Assembly (NCBI RefSeq): GCF_006345805.1
Contig: NC_042999.1
Location: 3,162,001-3,226,000 of the forward strand
Length of the DNA stretch: 64,000 bases
From: Octopus sinensis
Taxonomy: Eukaryota
Direction: 5' to 3'
Below the pieces are notes generated by a model. It saw only the letters and a list, made by a program, of their open reading frames with translations. It made no database searches and was not told where the DNA came from. Within the stretch, counting starts at the first letter, position 1, and every line of letters begins with the position of its first letter. This document shows positions 38,225-49,140 of this stretch, one piece after another. The position numbers and the translations under genes are program-made.

Positions 38225-38483
38225 TGCCAGCATCGCCTGGCCCCGTGCCGGTGACACGTAAAAGCACTATCCGTTCATGGCCGTTCGCCAGCTCTGTCTG
38301 GCACCTGTGCAGGTGGCACGTAAAAAACACCCACTACACTCGCGGAGTGGTTGGCGTTAGGAAGGGCATCCAGCCGTAGAAACACTGCCAGATCTGACTG
38401 GGCCTGACGAAGCCTTCCAGCTTCACAGACCCCAGTTGACCCGTCCAACCCATGCTAGCATGGAAAACGGACGCTAAACGATG
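38225..38483 (+). mobile_element. RTE LINE 3' fragment (CpG-rich subfamily as at 32812)
   Basis: Tail CTGACTGGGCCTGACGAAGCCTTCCAGCTTCACAGACC is the reverse complement of 32880-32925. Confidence 0.88.
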
Positions 38484-38599
38484 TATTTATATCTATCTAT
38501 TTATATATGTGTGTATTATATGTTTACAGGGTCTAAAAAAGTAACCCTCTATTTTGTATCTTATCTAAATTAACTATTACTTTACCATCCTCTCACACC

Positions 38600-38647
38600 G
38601 TCTCTGACGAAGGGATATAATAAATATCCTGGAAACAGCTGTAAGAT
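38600..38647 (+). ncRNA. Minimal type I hammerhead-ribozyme-like motif (Penelope-type), in a probable PLE tail
   Basis: GTCT-CTGACGA-A-GGGATAT/AATAA/ATATCCT-G-GAAA-CAGCTGT-A-AGAT, with palindromic stem III ACAGCTGT. Confidence 0.65.
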
Positions 38648-39251
38648 CTTCCATCCATAAATGTTCTAAAATCTACACAGCCTTTGTTTTTTATCTCATT
38701 ACGAAAAAATATATAGGTGCAGGAGTAGCAATATGGTAAGTAGCTTGCTTACCAACCACATGGTTCTAAGTTCATTCCCACTGCGTGGCACCTTAGGCAA
38801 GTGTCTTCTACTATAGCCTTGGGCTGACCAAAGTCTTGTCAGTGGATTTGATAGAAGGAAACTGAAAAAAGCCCGTTGCCAGTAGCACATAAGAGAACCA
38901 TCCGAATGTGGTCGTAGCCAGCGCTGCCCTGACTGGCCTCCGTGCCGGTGGCATGTAAAAATCACCATCCGACCGTGGCCGTTGCCAGCTTCGTCTGGTC
39001 TCCGTGCCGGTGGTACGTAAAAAGCACCATCCGATCATGGCCGTTGACCAGCCTCGTCTGGCACGTAAAAAGCACCCACTACACTCATGGAGTGGTTGGC
39101 GTTAGGAAGGGCATCCAGCTGTAGAAACACTGCCAGATCAGACTGGGCCTGCTGCAGCCTTCTGACTTAAGAATAAGTCCTGGGGTCAATTTACTTGACT
39201 AAAGGTGGTGCTCAGCATGACCGCAGTCATATGACTGAAACAAGTAAAAGA

Positions 39252-39296
<45 letters not shown>

Positions 39297-39669
39297 GTCC
39301 AACGATGGCTTAGCTGACCAAAACTTAGGAGTCACTGTCAACAACATTCTTCTTGAAGAATAATAAATTTGTGCTCTACAAAAGTACAAAAATTTAGAGC
39401 AACCTATCAGATTAATGTAAAATTGTTTTTATTATAAATGAACACAAAAAAATCTATATATAGGACAATTGTTGAGACCCTATTATTGTAAATAATATTA
39501 TAAGTCATGTTAAAATATATTTTAAAAATCAGTCAGTAAGGTTAATTACTCAGGAATGCCATCTGTATGAAAATCAATAGTTAGGTTTGAGTCAACATAA
39601 TTGATAAAGTGACTGTCAAAATCCAATTAAAAATATATGTGGTGAAGAAAAGACAGCTTTAGCATAATA

Positions 39670-39960
39670 ATAACAACTGATATTATTTTCATAGTGATTA
39701 AAGTTAATATTATTACAATGGTGATTGAAATTATTATTATTATTATTATAGTGATTAAAAACTAATATCATTTTAAAACTGATTCAAGTTAATATTATTT
39801 CTACACTGATTAAGCACTAATTTTATTTTATTTGTACTTAAAGTTAATATTATTACAATGGTGATTAAACGCTAATATCATTTTAATAGTAAATCAAATT
39901 AATGTTCCATTTAATAGTGATTTAAATCAATATTATTCTAAAAGTGATTAAATAATGTTT
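39670..39960. repeat. Degenerate AT-rich ~26-27-bp minisatellite
   Basis: GTGATTAAAGTTAATATTATTACAATG-like units, about 10 copies. Confidence 0.75.
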
Positions 39961-40059
39961 ATTCATTGAGTTATTGTCTTTTGTCTCATCACATAATTAT
40001 TTCTACGAGGATTTTTGATGTTAAGTGCTTTAAATATGTTAATATTAACTTAACCATTT

Positions 40060-40277
40060 TGTTACCATATTACTTTTGAAATACGCTGCCTTTGTTTCAA
40101 TCAAATTCTGAAAATAATGAAGGATTTGGTGAAATAATTTTGTCATTATTAAGTTTGTGTTTGGAGCCTATGTTAAAATAAATTTTTGATGGAAGATTTT
40201 AATTTTGGTCATTTTAAAATGACGAGTCAGTATTATAGATCCAGGGGCAGACAGATGCATTGTTATCAAAAGGGTTG
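40060..40277 (-). mobile_element. Diverged piggyBac-like MITE (relative of 44631)
   Basis: TTAACCATTTTGTTACCATATT..TTGTTATCAAAAGGGTTGAA; internal similarity to the reverse complement of the 44631 unit. Confidence 0.6.
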
Positions 40278-40339
40278 AATATGGTAACATTAACCTTTCC
40301 CTTTCATTACCATATTTCTGAATACCTTTGATTCAATTA

Positions 40340-40785
40340 ATTTTGAGCTAACTGGTTTCCATGCTGGTGGCACATAAAAGGCACCATTTGAGCATGATCG
40401 TTAGCAGCGTCGCCTTACTGGCACCTGTGCCGGTGGCATGTGTAAAAAGATTTGTTACCAGAGTCGCCTTACTGGCACGTGTGCCAGTGGCATGTGTAAA
40501 AAGATTCGTTACCAGCATCGCCTTACAGGCACCTGTGCTGGTGGCATGTGTAAAAAGATTTATGCGAGGTCATTGACAGTACTGCTTGACTGGCCCCCAT
40601 ACCAGTGTCACGTAAAAGCACCCACTACACTCTCGGAGTGGTTGGAGTTAGGAAGGGCATCCAGCTGTAGAAACTCTGCCAGATCAAGATTGGAACCTGT
40701 TGCAGCCATCTGGTTCACCAGCCCTCAGTCAAATCGTCCAACCCATGCCAACATAGAAAGTGGACATTAAATGATGATGATGATG
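40340..40785 (+). mobile_element. RTE LINE 3' fragment with ~3x ~54-bp internal duplication
   Basis: CATGTGTAAAAAGATT at about 40437, 40491 and 40545; tail and (GAT)n. Confidence 0.88.
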
Positions 40786-40952
40786 AAGAATTTAGAAAAA
40801 TAACTTTAATTATTAAGCAGGTGTTTGGAACATAAATTAACATGAAATTCTGAAGGAAAGTTTTTAATTTAGATCAAATAAAAATCAGAAAATATGATCA
40901 AATATTTTACAGCAATGTCTTTGTTCCTGAGATACAGTGAAAAGCAGCCACA

Positions 40953-41360
40953 AGTGGAGGCGCAATGGCCTGGTGGTTAGGGCAGTGGACTTGCGTTTGG
41001 AGGATCGCAGTTTCGATTCCCAGACCAGGCGTTGTGTGTGTTTATTGAGCAAAAACACCTAAAGCTCCATGAGGCTCCGGCAGGGGATGGTGGCGACCTC
41101 TGTTGTACTCTTTCGCTCCAACTTTCTCTCACTCTTTCTTCCTGTTTCTTATCCCCGACTTCCTACTCAACCGCTGAGCCTGGATGCGCATTCATCCATC
41201 CGTCAATGCTCTCGGTGTCGGGGGGTTGACCTGCTTTCTCTTCTGCGGGTCTTACAAATAGCAAAGGACCACGTTTTGGACTTCTCCCACTCAGACAATC
41301 TTGAGGCGCGATCTTGCGAGCTCTGGGACGAAGACCGCTTCACTCAACAAACAAACAAAC
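40953..41360 (+). mobile_element. SINE family C, tail type 3, with 10-bp TSD
   Basis: Same head and middle as 13642 but an unrelated 3' half ending (CAAA)n. TSD AGCAGCCACA at 40943-40952 and 41361-41370. Confidence 0.93.
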
Positions 41361-42363
41361 AGCAGCCACATTAATCGATATGTCCCATTAATTTTAAAAA
41401 GGTGCTGAGAAATTTGGTTGCTATTTCTTGGAGATTAAGTAACCATGTGGCAGCTTTCCTACTGGTTTATGTACTTGCTAGGTTAGGTGAAAACATATTC
41501 TGAATAACATTGTCTTGCTATCCAAACAGGGGGTGGAGAAATTTTTTTTCAGATTTCTGAAAGGACTGTTGTTAACTTCTTTGAATAAACAACTTTGGGG
41601 GAAAAAAAAAATAAGTAAAACGAAATGTTTAAAAAAAATTCTTGAGCTTCACTTCTGAAGTGTCAAAGATTTTAAGACCAGGACAAAAGATAGCAAATAT
41701 ACAGAATGTATCTGGGTGTGGAGGAATTGGTATGTGAGGAACTGAGTGAGAAGCGAAATAACAGGTATTAGAGAAGATCAAAGTGTACAGCTGCTGCTAA
41801 TTTGAGCAAAACAAGGTAGACTTATCTAAGGCAGCTTGGGAATCACTAAGATGTAAATAACAAACAAAATATTTCTGAGAAGTTTTTATACAGTATTGCC
41901 CTGTCTAAAAATATATACCCACAATCGATTTTTCAGAATAAATATATAAAAAAAAAAGTCTATCACCCCTGGACATGATCGTACATTCAAACAACTCCCT
42001 TCAATGAATGTGTGTTTGTATGTATATGTATGTGAATATATACACTGGTCTGTGTGTCTCTGTTTCCATATATATCTATCTATCTATATATATATATATA
42101 CACATATGTAGGTATGTAGGTATGAATGTATGTATGTATGTATGTATATCATCATCATCATCGTTTAACATCCGTTTTCCATGCTAGCATGGGTTGGACG
42201 GTTTAACTGGGGTCTGGGAAGCCAGTAGGCTGTGCCAGGCCCAGTCTGATCTGGCAGTGTTTCTACAGCTGGATGCCCTTCCTAATGCCAACCACTCCGT
42301 GAGTGTAGTGGGTGCTTTTTACGCGCCACCTGCACAGGTGCCAGACGAGGCTGGTAAACGGCC

Positions 42364-42411
<48 letters not shown>

Positions 42412-42570
42412 TTATATGAAAATAGGACAAGATAGAAAATGCTGAAATAATTTTATCATGAAGAACATTGGTTTCAGTCTTTGCAACTTTTTCAACTTGT
42501 CCTCACATTGTTTTTTCTTGTGTTTGTTCTTCAATTTTGGGGGGGGAGGATTTACTATATATATACACAC

Positions 42571-42616
<46 letters not shown>

Positions 42617-42853
42617 AAACTCACATGCACACACACACATGTTTACTAGTACAAACAGCACAAGTAGACCCCAAAATACGAGTACTTATATTTTTGATTT
42701 TTAATCGCCTAAAGTTGCATAATAACTCAAGGGCCAAGAGTGTGTATGTCTATGTGTAATATGTGTGCTCATGTATGTGTACATACATGCATATGTGTGT
42801 GATACAGACATACATACACGTATGTATATGTGAGTGAGCATGTGTATACGTTT

Positions 42854-42884
<31 letters not shown>

Positions 42885-44630
42885 TGCATTTGCATATGTA
42901 AACATATATATGCCTTCACATATATTCACAAGCACACATAAACACTCATATGAGGTGGTAGATTATCAGAAACATTAGAATGTTGAACAAAGTGCTCTGC
43001 AGCATTTATTCCAGTGCTGTATGTTCTGAGTTCAAATCTTATTGAGCTCAGCTTTTCCTTTCATCTATTCAGGGTTGACATATGTAAACACTTGTCTTGG
43101 ATGTAAAATCATCAGAATTGGTTAGGGCATTGGACAAAATGCATTCTGGTGTTTGTTCTGAAAGTTTACATTTTGAGTTCACTTGTAGCAACAGTGGCAC
43201 CAAACTGTACAAGTCCTTCCGTTTTTCTTAAGCAACATCAGTGGCATAATGAAGAATGGAAAATTGCTGCTTGTGTCACAACTGATCTTCAGGGACATTC
43301 AGCATGGCACAGTGTAACAAGACTGGGCCTTTGAATTACAAGTGCAACTCAGTTTTTCCAGCTGGGTGGATGAGAGCAACATGAAATAAAGTGTCTTGCT
43401 CAAGGACACAATGCGCCACTGGGAGTTGAACTCCTGACTTTATGATTGTGAGCCAAATATCCTAACCACTAAGCCATGTGCCTTCACACAAGCAAAAGAA
43501 AAACATAGTAGAGTGGGTGACAGGAAGAGCATCCAGTTATAGAGAATCTGCTGTAACAGATTTAGTTTGACCTGTGAAAACTTGGAAAACATGGGTTTTA
43601 AAATGATGATGATGATGGTGTGTGTGTATGTAAGACAGTGAAGCAGGCTTGGTGATTGGGAGAGCATCCAGCTGTAGAAAATCCACAACAAGGAATTTAG
43701 TCTGACTCCTAGAAGCTTCGAAAAAGCAGACATTAAAACGATGATGATGATGATGATGATGATGATGGTGGTGATGATGATGATATAATACTATATGTAT
43801 GTGTAAGACAGCAATATAGGAAAGCTGAGACGGAGATGTATTTCAAGAATTCAAAATGACTTTATTCAATACATCAAATAATAATAATAATAATAATAAT
43901 GAAATGCTGTCTTTAGGTAATTAATTAGAATTTTATGTTTACTCATAATTTCTAACATATTTCACCTGAAAACACTTCTGACATTTTTATTATTATTATT
44001 ATTATTTTGTGTTGATTATTGTTTTATTTCTTCAGTCAATTAATTACAAAATTAAATAAATTTATTTATGAGATTTCTTGCAAATCTGAATGACATTGAA
44101 GTTGAAATATATTTTTTCTTTTCATTTTTGCTCTTCCTGTCTTTTTTTTTTTTTTTTGAAATTTCATCTTTTTTTCTTCAGATTTCAATTTAATTGCTGC
44201 TTGTTTTGTTTTATGCATTACTTTTTTGTTGTTTTTTTTTTAAAGATTCACTTTAATTGGTGCTTTGTTTGTATTATACACAAGTTTTATATAATTTTTG
44301 TGTTTTATCTTGTGTATCTCTTATTTTTTATTTCAATACAATAAACACAACCTTTACTCTTATCTTATATTGAATCCATACGTTATTGCCATCACATATA
44401 CAAAAAAAAAACTAAAAATAAAAAAAAGAGAAAGCAAGAAAAAACCCACCTTAAATGTAAATTAGTTTTATTTCTCAGGATTGCACACTGACAAATGTGC
44501 TTTACTTGTTTGACTATTGATTAGAAAATCATTGATTTTAAACTGGATTTAAGCTAATATATGATTATTCATTCCTTTAGCTTACATGACACAAGCTCTG
44601 CTTTCCGCTTCATTTGTCCACTCATTTTAA

Positions 44631-45338
44631 CCTTTTCAATACCAACCCGGCTGAAACCACCTCTGGCTCTATAGTTCAAATGTCTTGTTTTCATAAGTTC
44701 TGAATTAAAATCTTCTACCAAACCTTAGTCACAATTTATGTTCCTAACACTAGCTTAATGATAACTAAGTTATTTTACTAAATTCTTTGTTATATTTAAC
44801 GTAATTGAAAGAAACCACAGAGCATCTCAACAGAAATATGGTAACGAAAGGGTTAAAGTCACCATATTTTTAACCCTTTTGATACTAACCCAGCTGAAAC
44901 TGCCTCTGGTTTTGTTGCGCAAATGTCTTGTTTTCATAAGTTTTGAATTAAAATCTTCCACCAAACCTTAGTCACAATTTATGTTCTTAACACTAGTTGA
45001 ATGATAACTAAGTTATTTTACTAAATTCTTTCTTATATTTAAAATTAATTGAAAGAAACAGAGCATCTCAATAGAACTATGGTAATGAAAGGGTTAAAGT
45101 CACCATGATATTTTTAACCCTTTCGATATGAACCCGGCTGAAACCTCCTCTGGCTCTATAGTACAAATGTCTTGTTTTCATAAGTTCTGAATAAAAATCT
45201 TCCACCAAACCTTAGTCACAATTTATATTCCTAACACTAGCTTAATGATAACTAAGTTATTTTATTAAATTCTTTGTTATATTTAAAGTAATTGGAAGAA
45301 ACACAGAGCATCTCAAAATAAATACAGTAACGAAAAGG
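44631..45338 (+). mobile_element. Tandem trimer of a ~220-bp piggyBac-like MITE
   Basis: Units 44631-44852, 44874-45093 and 45118-45338. Each is bounded by TTAA|CC(C)TTT..AAAGGG|TTAA (last end degenerate) and separated by AGTCACCA(TGA)TATTT. Confidence 0.88.
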
Positions 45339-45479
45339 TCAAAAGTGAATTAATTTGTTTTCTGTGTGTCTGTGGAATACACAGCCATTTTACATGATGT
45401 TAATTTAAACAGTAAAGAAATCATTCAGTTGATTACATAATTGAACGCTCATTGACAATAACAGCAGATTTACATATGA

Positions 45480-45655
45480 AATGTAAGCAGGCTGTGTGGT
45501 AAGTAGCTTGCTAACCAACCACACAGTTCCGGGTTCGGTCCTACTGCGTGGCGTCTTGGGCAAATGTCTTCTGCTATAGCCCCGGGCCGACCAATGCCTT
45601 GTGAGTCGATTTGGTAGACGAAAACTGAAAGAAGCCCATCATATATATACGTATG

Positions 45656-45687
<32 letters not shown>

Positions 45688-45875
45688 CATGTTTGTATGT
45701 CTGTGTTTGTCCCCCTAGCATTGCTTGACAACCGGTTCGGCAAAAGAGACCGATAGAATAAGTACTGGGCTTACAAAGAATAAGTCCCGGGGTCGATTTG
45801 CTTGACTAAAGGCGGTGCTCCAGCATGGCCGCAGTCATACGACTGAAACAAGTAAAAAGAGTAAAAGAGTAAAGA
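45480..45875 (+). mobile_element. SINE family A copy (internal deletion)
   Basis: Colinear with 25001, missing about 35 bp. Confidence 0.88.
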
Positions 45876-45924
45876 GAGTAATAAATGAATGTAACATAAG
45901 CATGTAATGTATGTATGGTATGTA

Positions 45925-46315
45925 TCATCATCATCATCGTTTAATGTCTGCTTTCCATGCTAGCATGTGTTGGACGATTTGACTGAGGGCTGGCAAACCA
46001 GATGACTGCACCAGGCTCCAATCCTGATCTGGCAGAATTTCTACAGCTGGATGCCCTTCCTAATGCCAACCACTCCAAGAGTGGAGTGGGTGCTTTTACA
46101 TGCTACTGGCATGGGGGCCAATTTTGGTGGTACTGGCAATGACCTCGCTCAAATCTTTTTACAACACATCCCATCGGCACAGGTGCCAGTAAGGTGATGC
46201 TGGTAATAATCACACTCGAATGGTGCCTTTTACGTGCCACCGGCACGGAGGCCAGATAGCCGCTCTGGCAAAAATCATGCTCGGATGGTGCTCTTAGCAT
46301 CCTACTAGCACGGGG
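45925..46315 (-). mobile_element. RTE LINE 3' fragment
   Basis: (CAT)n, tail and units. Confidence 0.88.
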
Positions 46316-47257
46316 CTCATATGTATGTATGATATATATCTATGGTATGCATGCCATGTATACAATGTATGTATGGTATGTATGTAATGTATGTATGGTA
46401 TGTATGTAATGTATGTATGTTATGTATATAATGTATGCATGTAATATATAAATGGTATGTAATTATTGTATGTATGTTACGTATGATTTGTATGTAATAT
46501 ATGTTTGTTATGTATCTATTCATACATGCATAATGTATGTAAGGAATGCAATCTATGTACGTCAGATGACTTGTGACATCTCATGGGTGCTGCTGGTAAG
46601 ATGGAATCCAGTCCAACCTGTAGTATTGTCAGGTCAGTGGTAACTAAACCAGCAACTGCACTAGGCTTACTTGGTAAGGAAGGTTGCTAGAAACCCAGCA
46701 AGACTGAAAACAGGACATGTCAAAAGGATGGATGAACCTAGTATAGGTTTAACGACTTTCTGATAACAAGCACAGATCCTCAGAAATTCTGGGTTTGTGT
46801 CCAGTGTGCTGAAAGACCTCTGGGAGTGAAGCACTGTTAGGATTTTATGAAAGTATGTCTCTTGGAGAAGGTCACTCTGATATAAAACTAGATATGCTGA
46901 GAATGGCATTGAACATTTTCAAGATTTTTTGCTTGCCCTTGAAATCATGGCACTGGATATCTTACCCTGGCTTGTCTCTGGATGATGTCAATAGGGTAGA
47001 GAAGGTCACAAAGTTTTGTGAGGGAAAGCATTCAGCAATATGAAAAATCAAAAACTTGCTGTTGAAGCAGAAATACTGACAGGCTTAAACAATGTATTAT
47101 AGGAAAAGTTGCTTCTATAATATGCCTGATGAGATCGATTTCTATCTTTACAGCTGTTTCAAATGCTCGGTGATAGGTTGATATATTATGCAAACAGGTG
47201 CAACACTGATGCAAATATAAAAGCAAAGTAAAGTAAAATATTGTTACATTTATGAAT

Positions 47258-47620
47258 TTATTTACATTATTTACATTTGATGGATATTTGTCCTCAACTT
47301 TTTTTGTTGTTAACACAACGTTTTGGCTGATATACCCTCCAGCCCACAGGCATATGGCATAGTGTTTAAGAGTGTGGGCTACTAATCCCAAGATTCTGAG
47401 TTCAATTCCAAGCAGTGACCTGAATAATAATAATAATAATAATGATATCGGAAAATACCTTAGGAATGAGAACCCAGGTTCAAAATTTCCCCAAGACACC
47501 TGATGAAGGCTGGAGGGTATATCAGCCGAAATGTTGTGTTAACAACAAACAAAGTGAGGAGAAATATCTGTCAATTGTAAATAATGTACATAATTCCTCA
47601 CTCTTAAATATAGAACTGTT
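47258..47620 (+). mobile_element. tRNA-headed SINE-like element (family E) with hammerhead-bearing tail and an inverted partial tail copy upstream
   Basis: Box A TGGCATAGTG at 47356, 7-nt loop CTACTAA, box B GTTCAATTCC at 47401, (AAT)n, tail 47445-47620. 47258-47344 is the reverse complement of 47508-47595. Confidence 0.8.
47495..47540 (+). ncRNA. Minimal type I hammerhead ribozyme motif (Penelope-type)
   Basis: GACAC-CTGATGA-A-GGCTG/loop/CAGCC-GAAA-(T)GT-T-GTGTT. The inverted copy preserves ACGT for stem III. Confidence 0.75.
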
Positions 47621-47984
47621 TATGAATTTGTGTTGCAAGACTCCTGATGTGAAATTGTGTTGAAACAGAAATTGCTGTATTTCTAGATGGTTGGTTTTTT
47701 TTTATTTTTGCCAAATAAACACACACACACTATCTATTAGTTCTTAGTGCGTGTGTTTATTTGGCAAAAAAGAAGACCATCCCGAAATACAACAAAATAT
47801 TAATAACCATTGATTTTGGGTACTCCATGTAACACATTCATGGCATTCTCTGTGGAAAATAAATGGTGAATTATGATAGGGTATAATGTTTATATTGAGA
47901 TGAAGAGATTCTGGTACTGATAATGGTTTCAAATATTGGTGCAAGGCCAGCACATTCAGGGCAGGGGAAGGGGCTAGTTAATTC

Positions 47985-48580
47985 TTTTCTACTCTAGGCA
48001 CAAGGCCCAAAATTTTTGGGAAGGAGGCCAGTCACTTAGATCGACACCAGTATACAACTGGTACTTAATTTATCGCCCCCCCCCCACTCGAAAGGATGAA
48101 AAGCAAAGTTGACCTCAGCGGAATTTGAACTCAGAATGTAAAGACAGACGAAATACTGCAAAGGATTTCGCCTGGTGTGCTAATGTTTCTTTTCTGCCCC
48201 AGGCACAAGGTCTAATATTGGAGGGGGGGAGAGTCGCTTAGATTGATCCTAGTACACAACTGGTACTTAATTTATTGACCCCCTAAAGGATGAAAGGCAA
48301 AGTCGACCTCTGTGAAATTTGAACTCAGAACATAAAGACATGAAATGCTGCTAAGCATTTTGCCTGGCATGCTAACATTTATTTTCTACTCTAGGCACAA
48401 GGTTCAAAATTTGGAGGGAGAGGTTCATTCGGTTAGACCAACCCCAGTACACAACTGGTACTTAATTTATTGACCCTGAAAGGATGAAAGGCACAGTTGA
48501 CCTCGGCGGGATTTGAACTCAGAACATAAAGGCATTTTCACCCAGTGTTCTAACATTTCTGCCAGCTCACTGCCTTTTTG
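47985..48580 (-). mobile_element. Tandem array (about 3 units) of family B-related SINE
   Basis: GGCACAAGG..CAACTGGTACTTAATTTAT..GGATGAAA..GAATTTGAACTCAG repeated about every 180-200 bp. Confidence 0.85.
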
Positions 48581-48884
48581 AATGTAAAATATTTCAAAGA
48601 AAAATAGTTTATCATAGAACCAGGGGTGGTCTCAGGCAGGTTGGTGTAAAAAATGTTAACTCAGCTACATCTAACCTGAATATTTTACCAATTCCATAAA
48701 CCAAGTGAGATCGTAGTTGCGACCGATGCCAGTGTTGCATAATTGGTCCATTAAAAGCACCCTTCAATCGTTGGGTGATATGCTGTGGTTGTGAAGACCT
48801 GTTGAACTGAGTGAACTTGTAGTCGTGGCCGATGCCAGTACCGTATGACTGGTACCTGTGCCAGTGGCATGTAAAAAGCACCAT

Positions 48885-49140
48885 TGGGCTTCATGGAGGC
48901 AGTGACCAGTGACCGAGACCTTTAGTGATGTACTGTGCTTGTGTAGACATGTCAAGCCAAGTGAGACCATAGTCATGGTTGATGTCGGTGTCAGGTCATT
49001 GGCACCCATGCCAGTGGTGTGAAAGAACACCTACTACGCTCCCAGAGGGGTTGGCATTAGGAAGGGCTTCCAGCTATAAAAACCTTGCCAAATCAGATTG
49101 GAACTTGTTGCAATTCTCCGATTTACCAGTTTTTAGTCAA
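48885..49140 (+). mobile_element. RTE LINE 3' fragment with degenerate ORF end (older subfamily)
   Basis: GAGGCAGTGACCAGTGACCGAGACCTT is homologous to 19466-19500; ends AGGAAGGGCTTCCAGC. Confidence 0.75.

Noticed and set aside
47120-47165. CTGATGA plus ACAGCTGTTTC as a further hammerhead
   Set aside because: The two half-motifs are on opposite strands: GAAACAGCTGT is on minus and CTGATGA on plus. No complete core on either strand.
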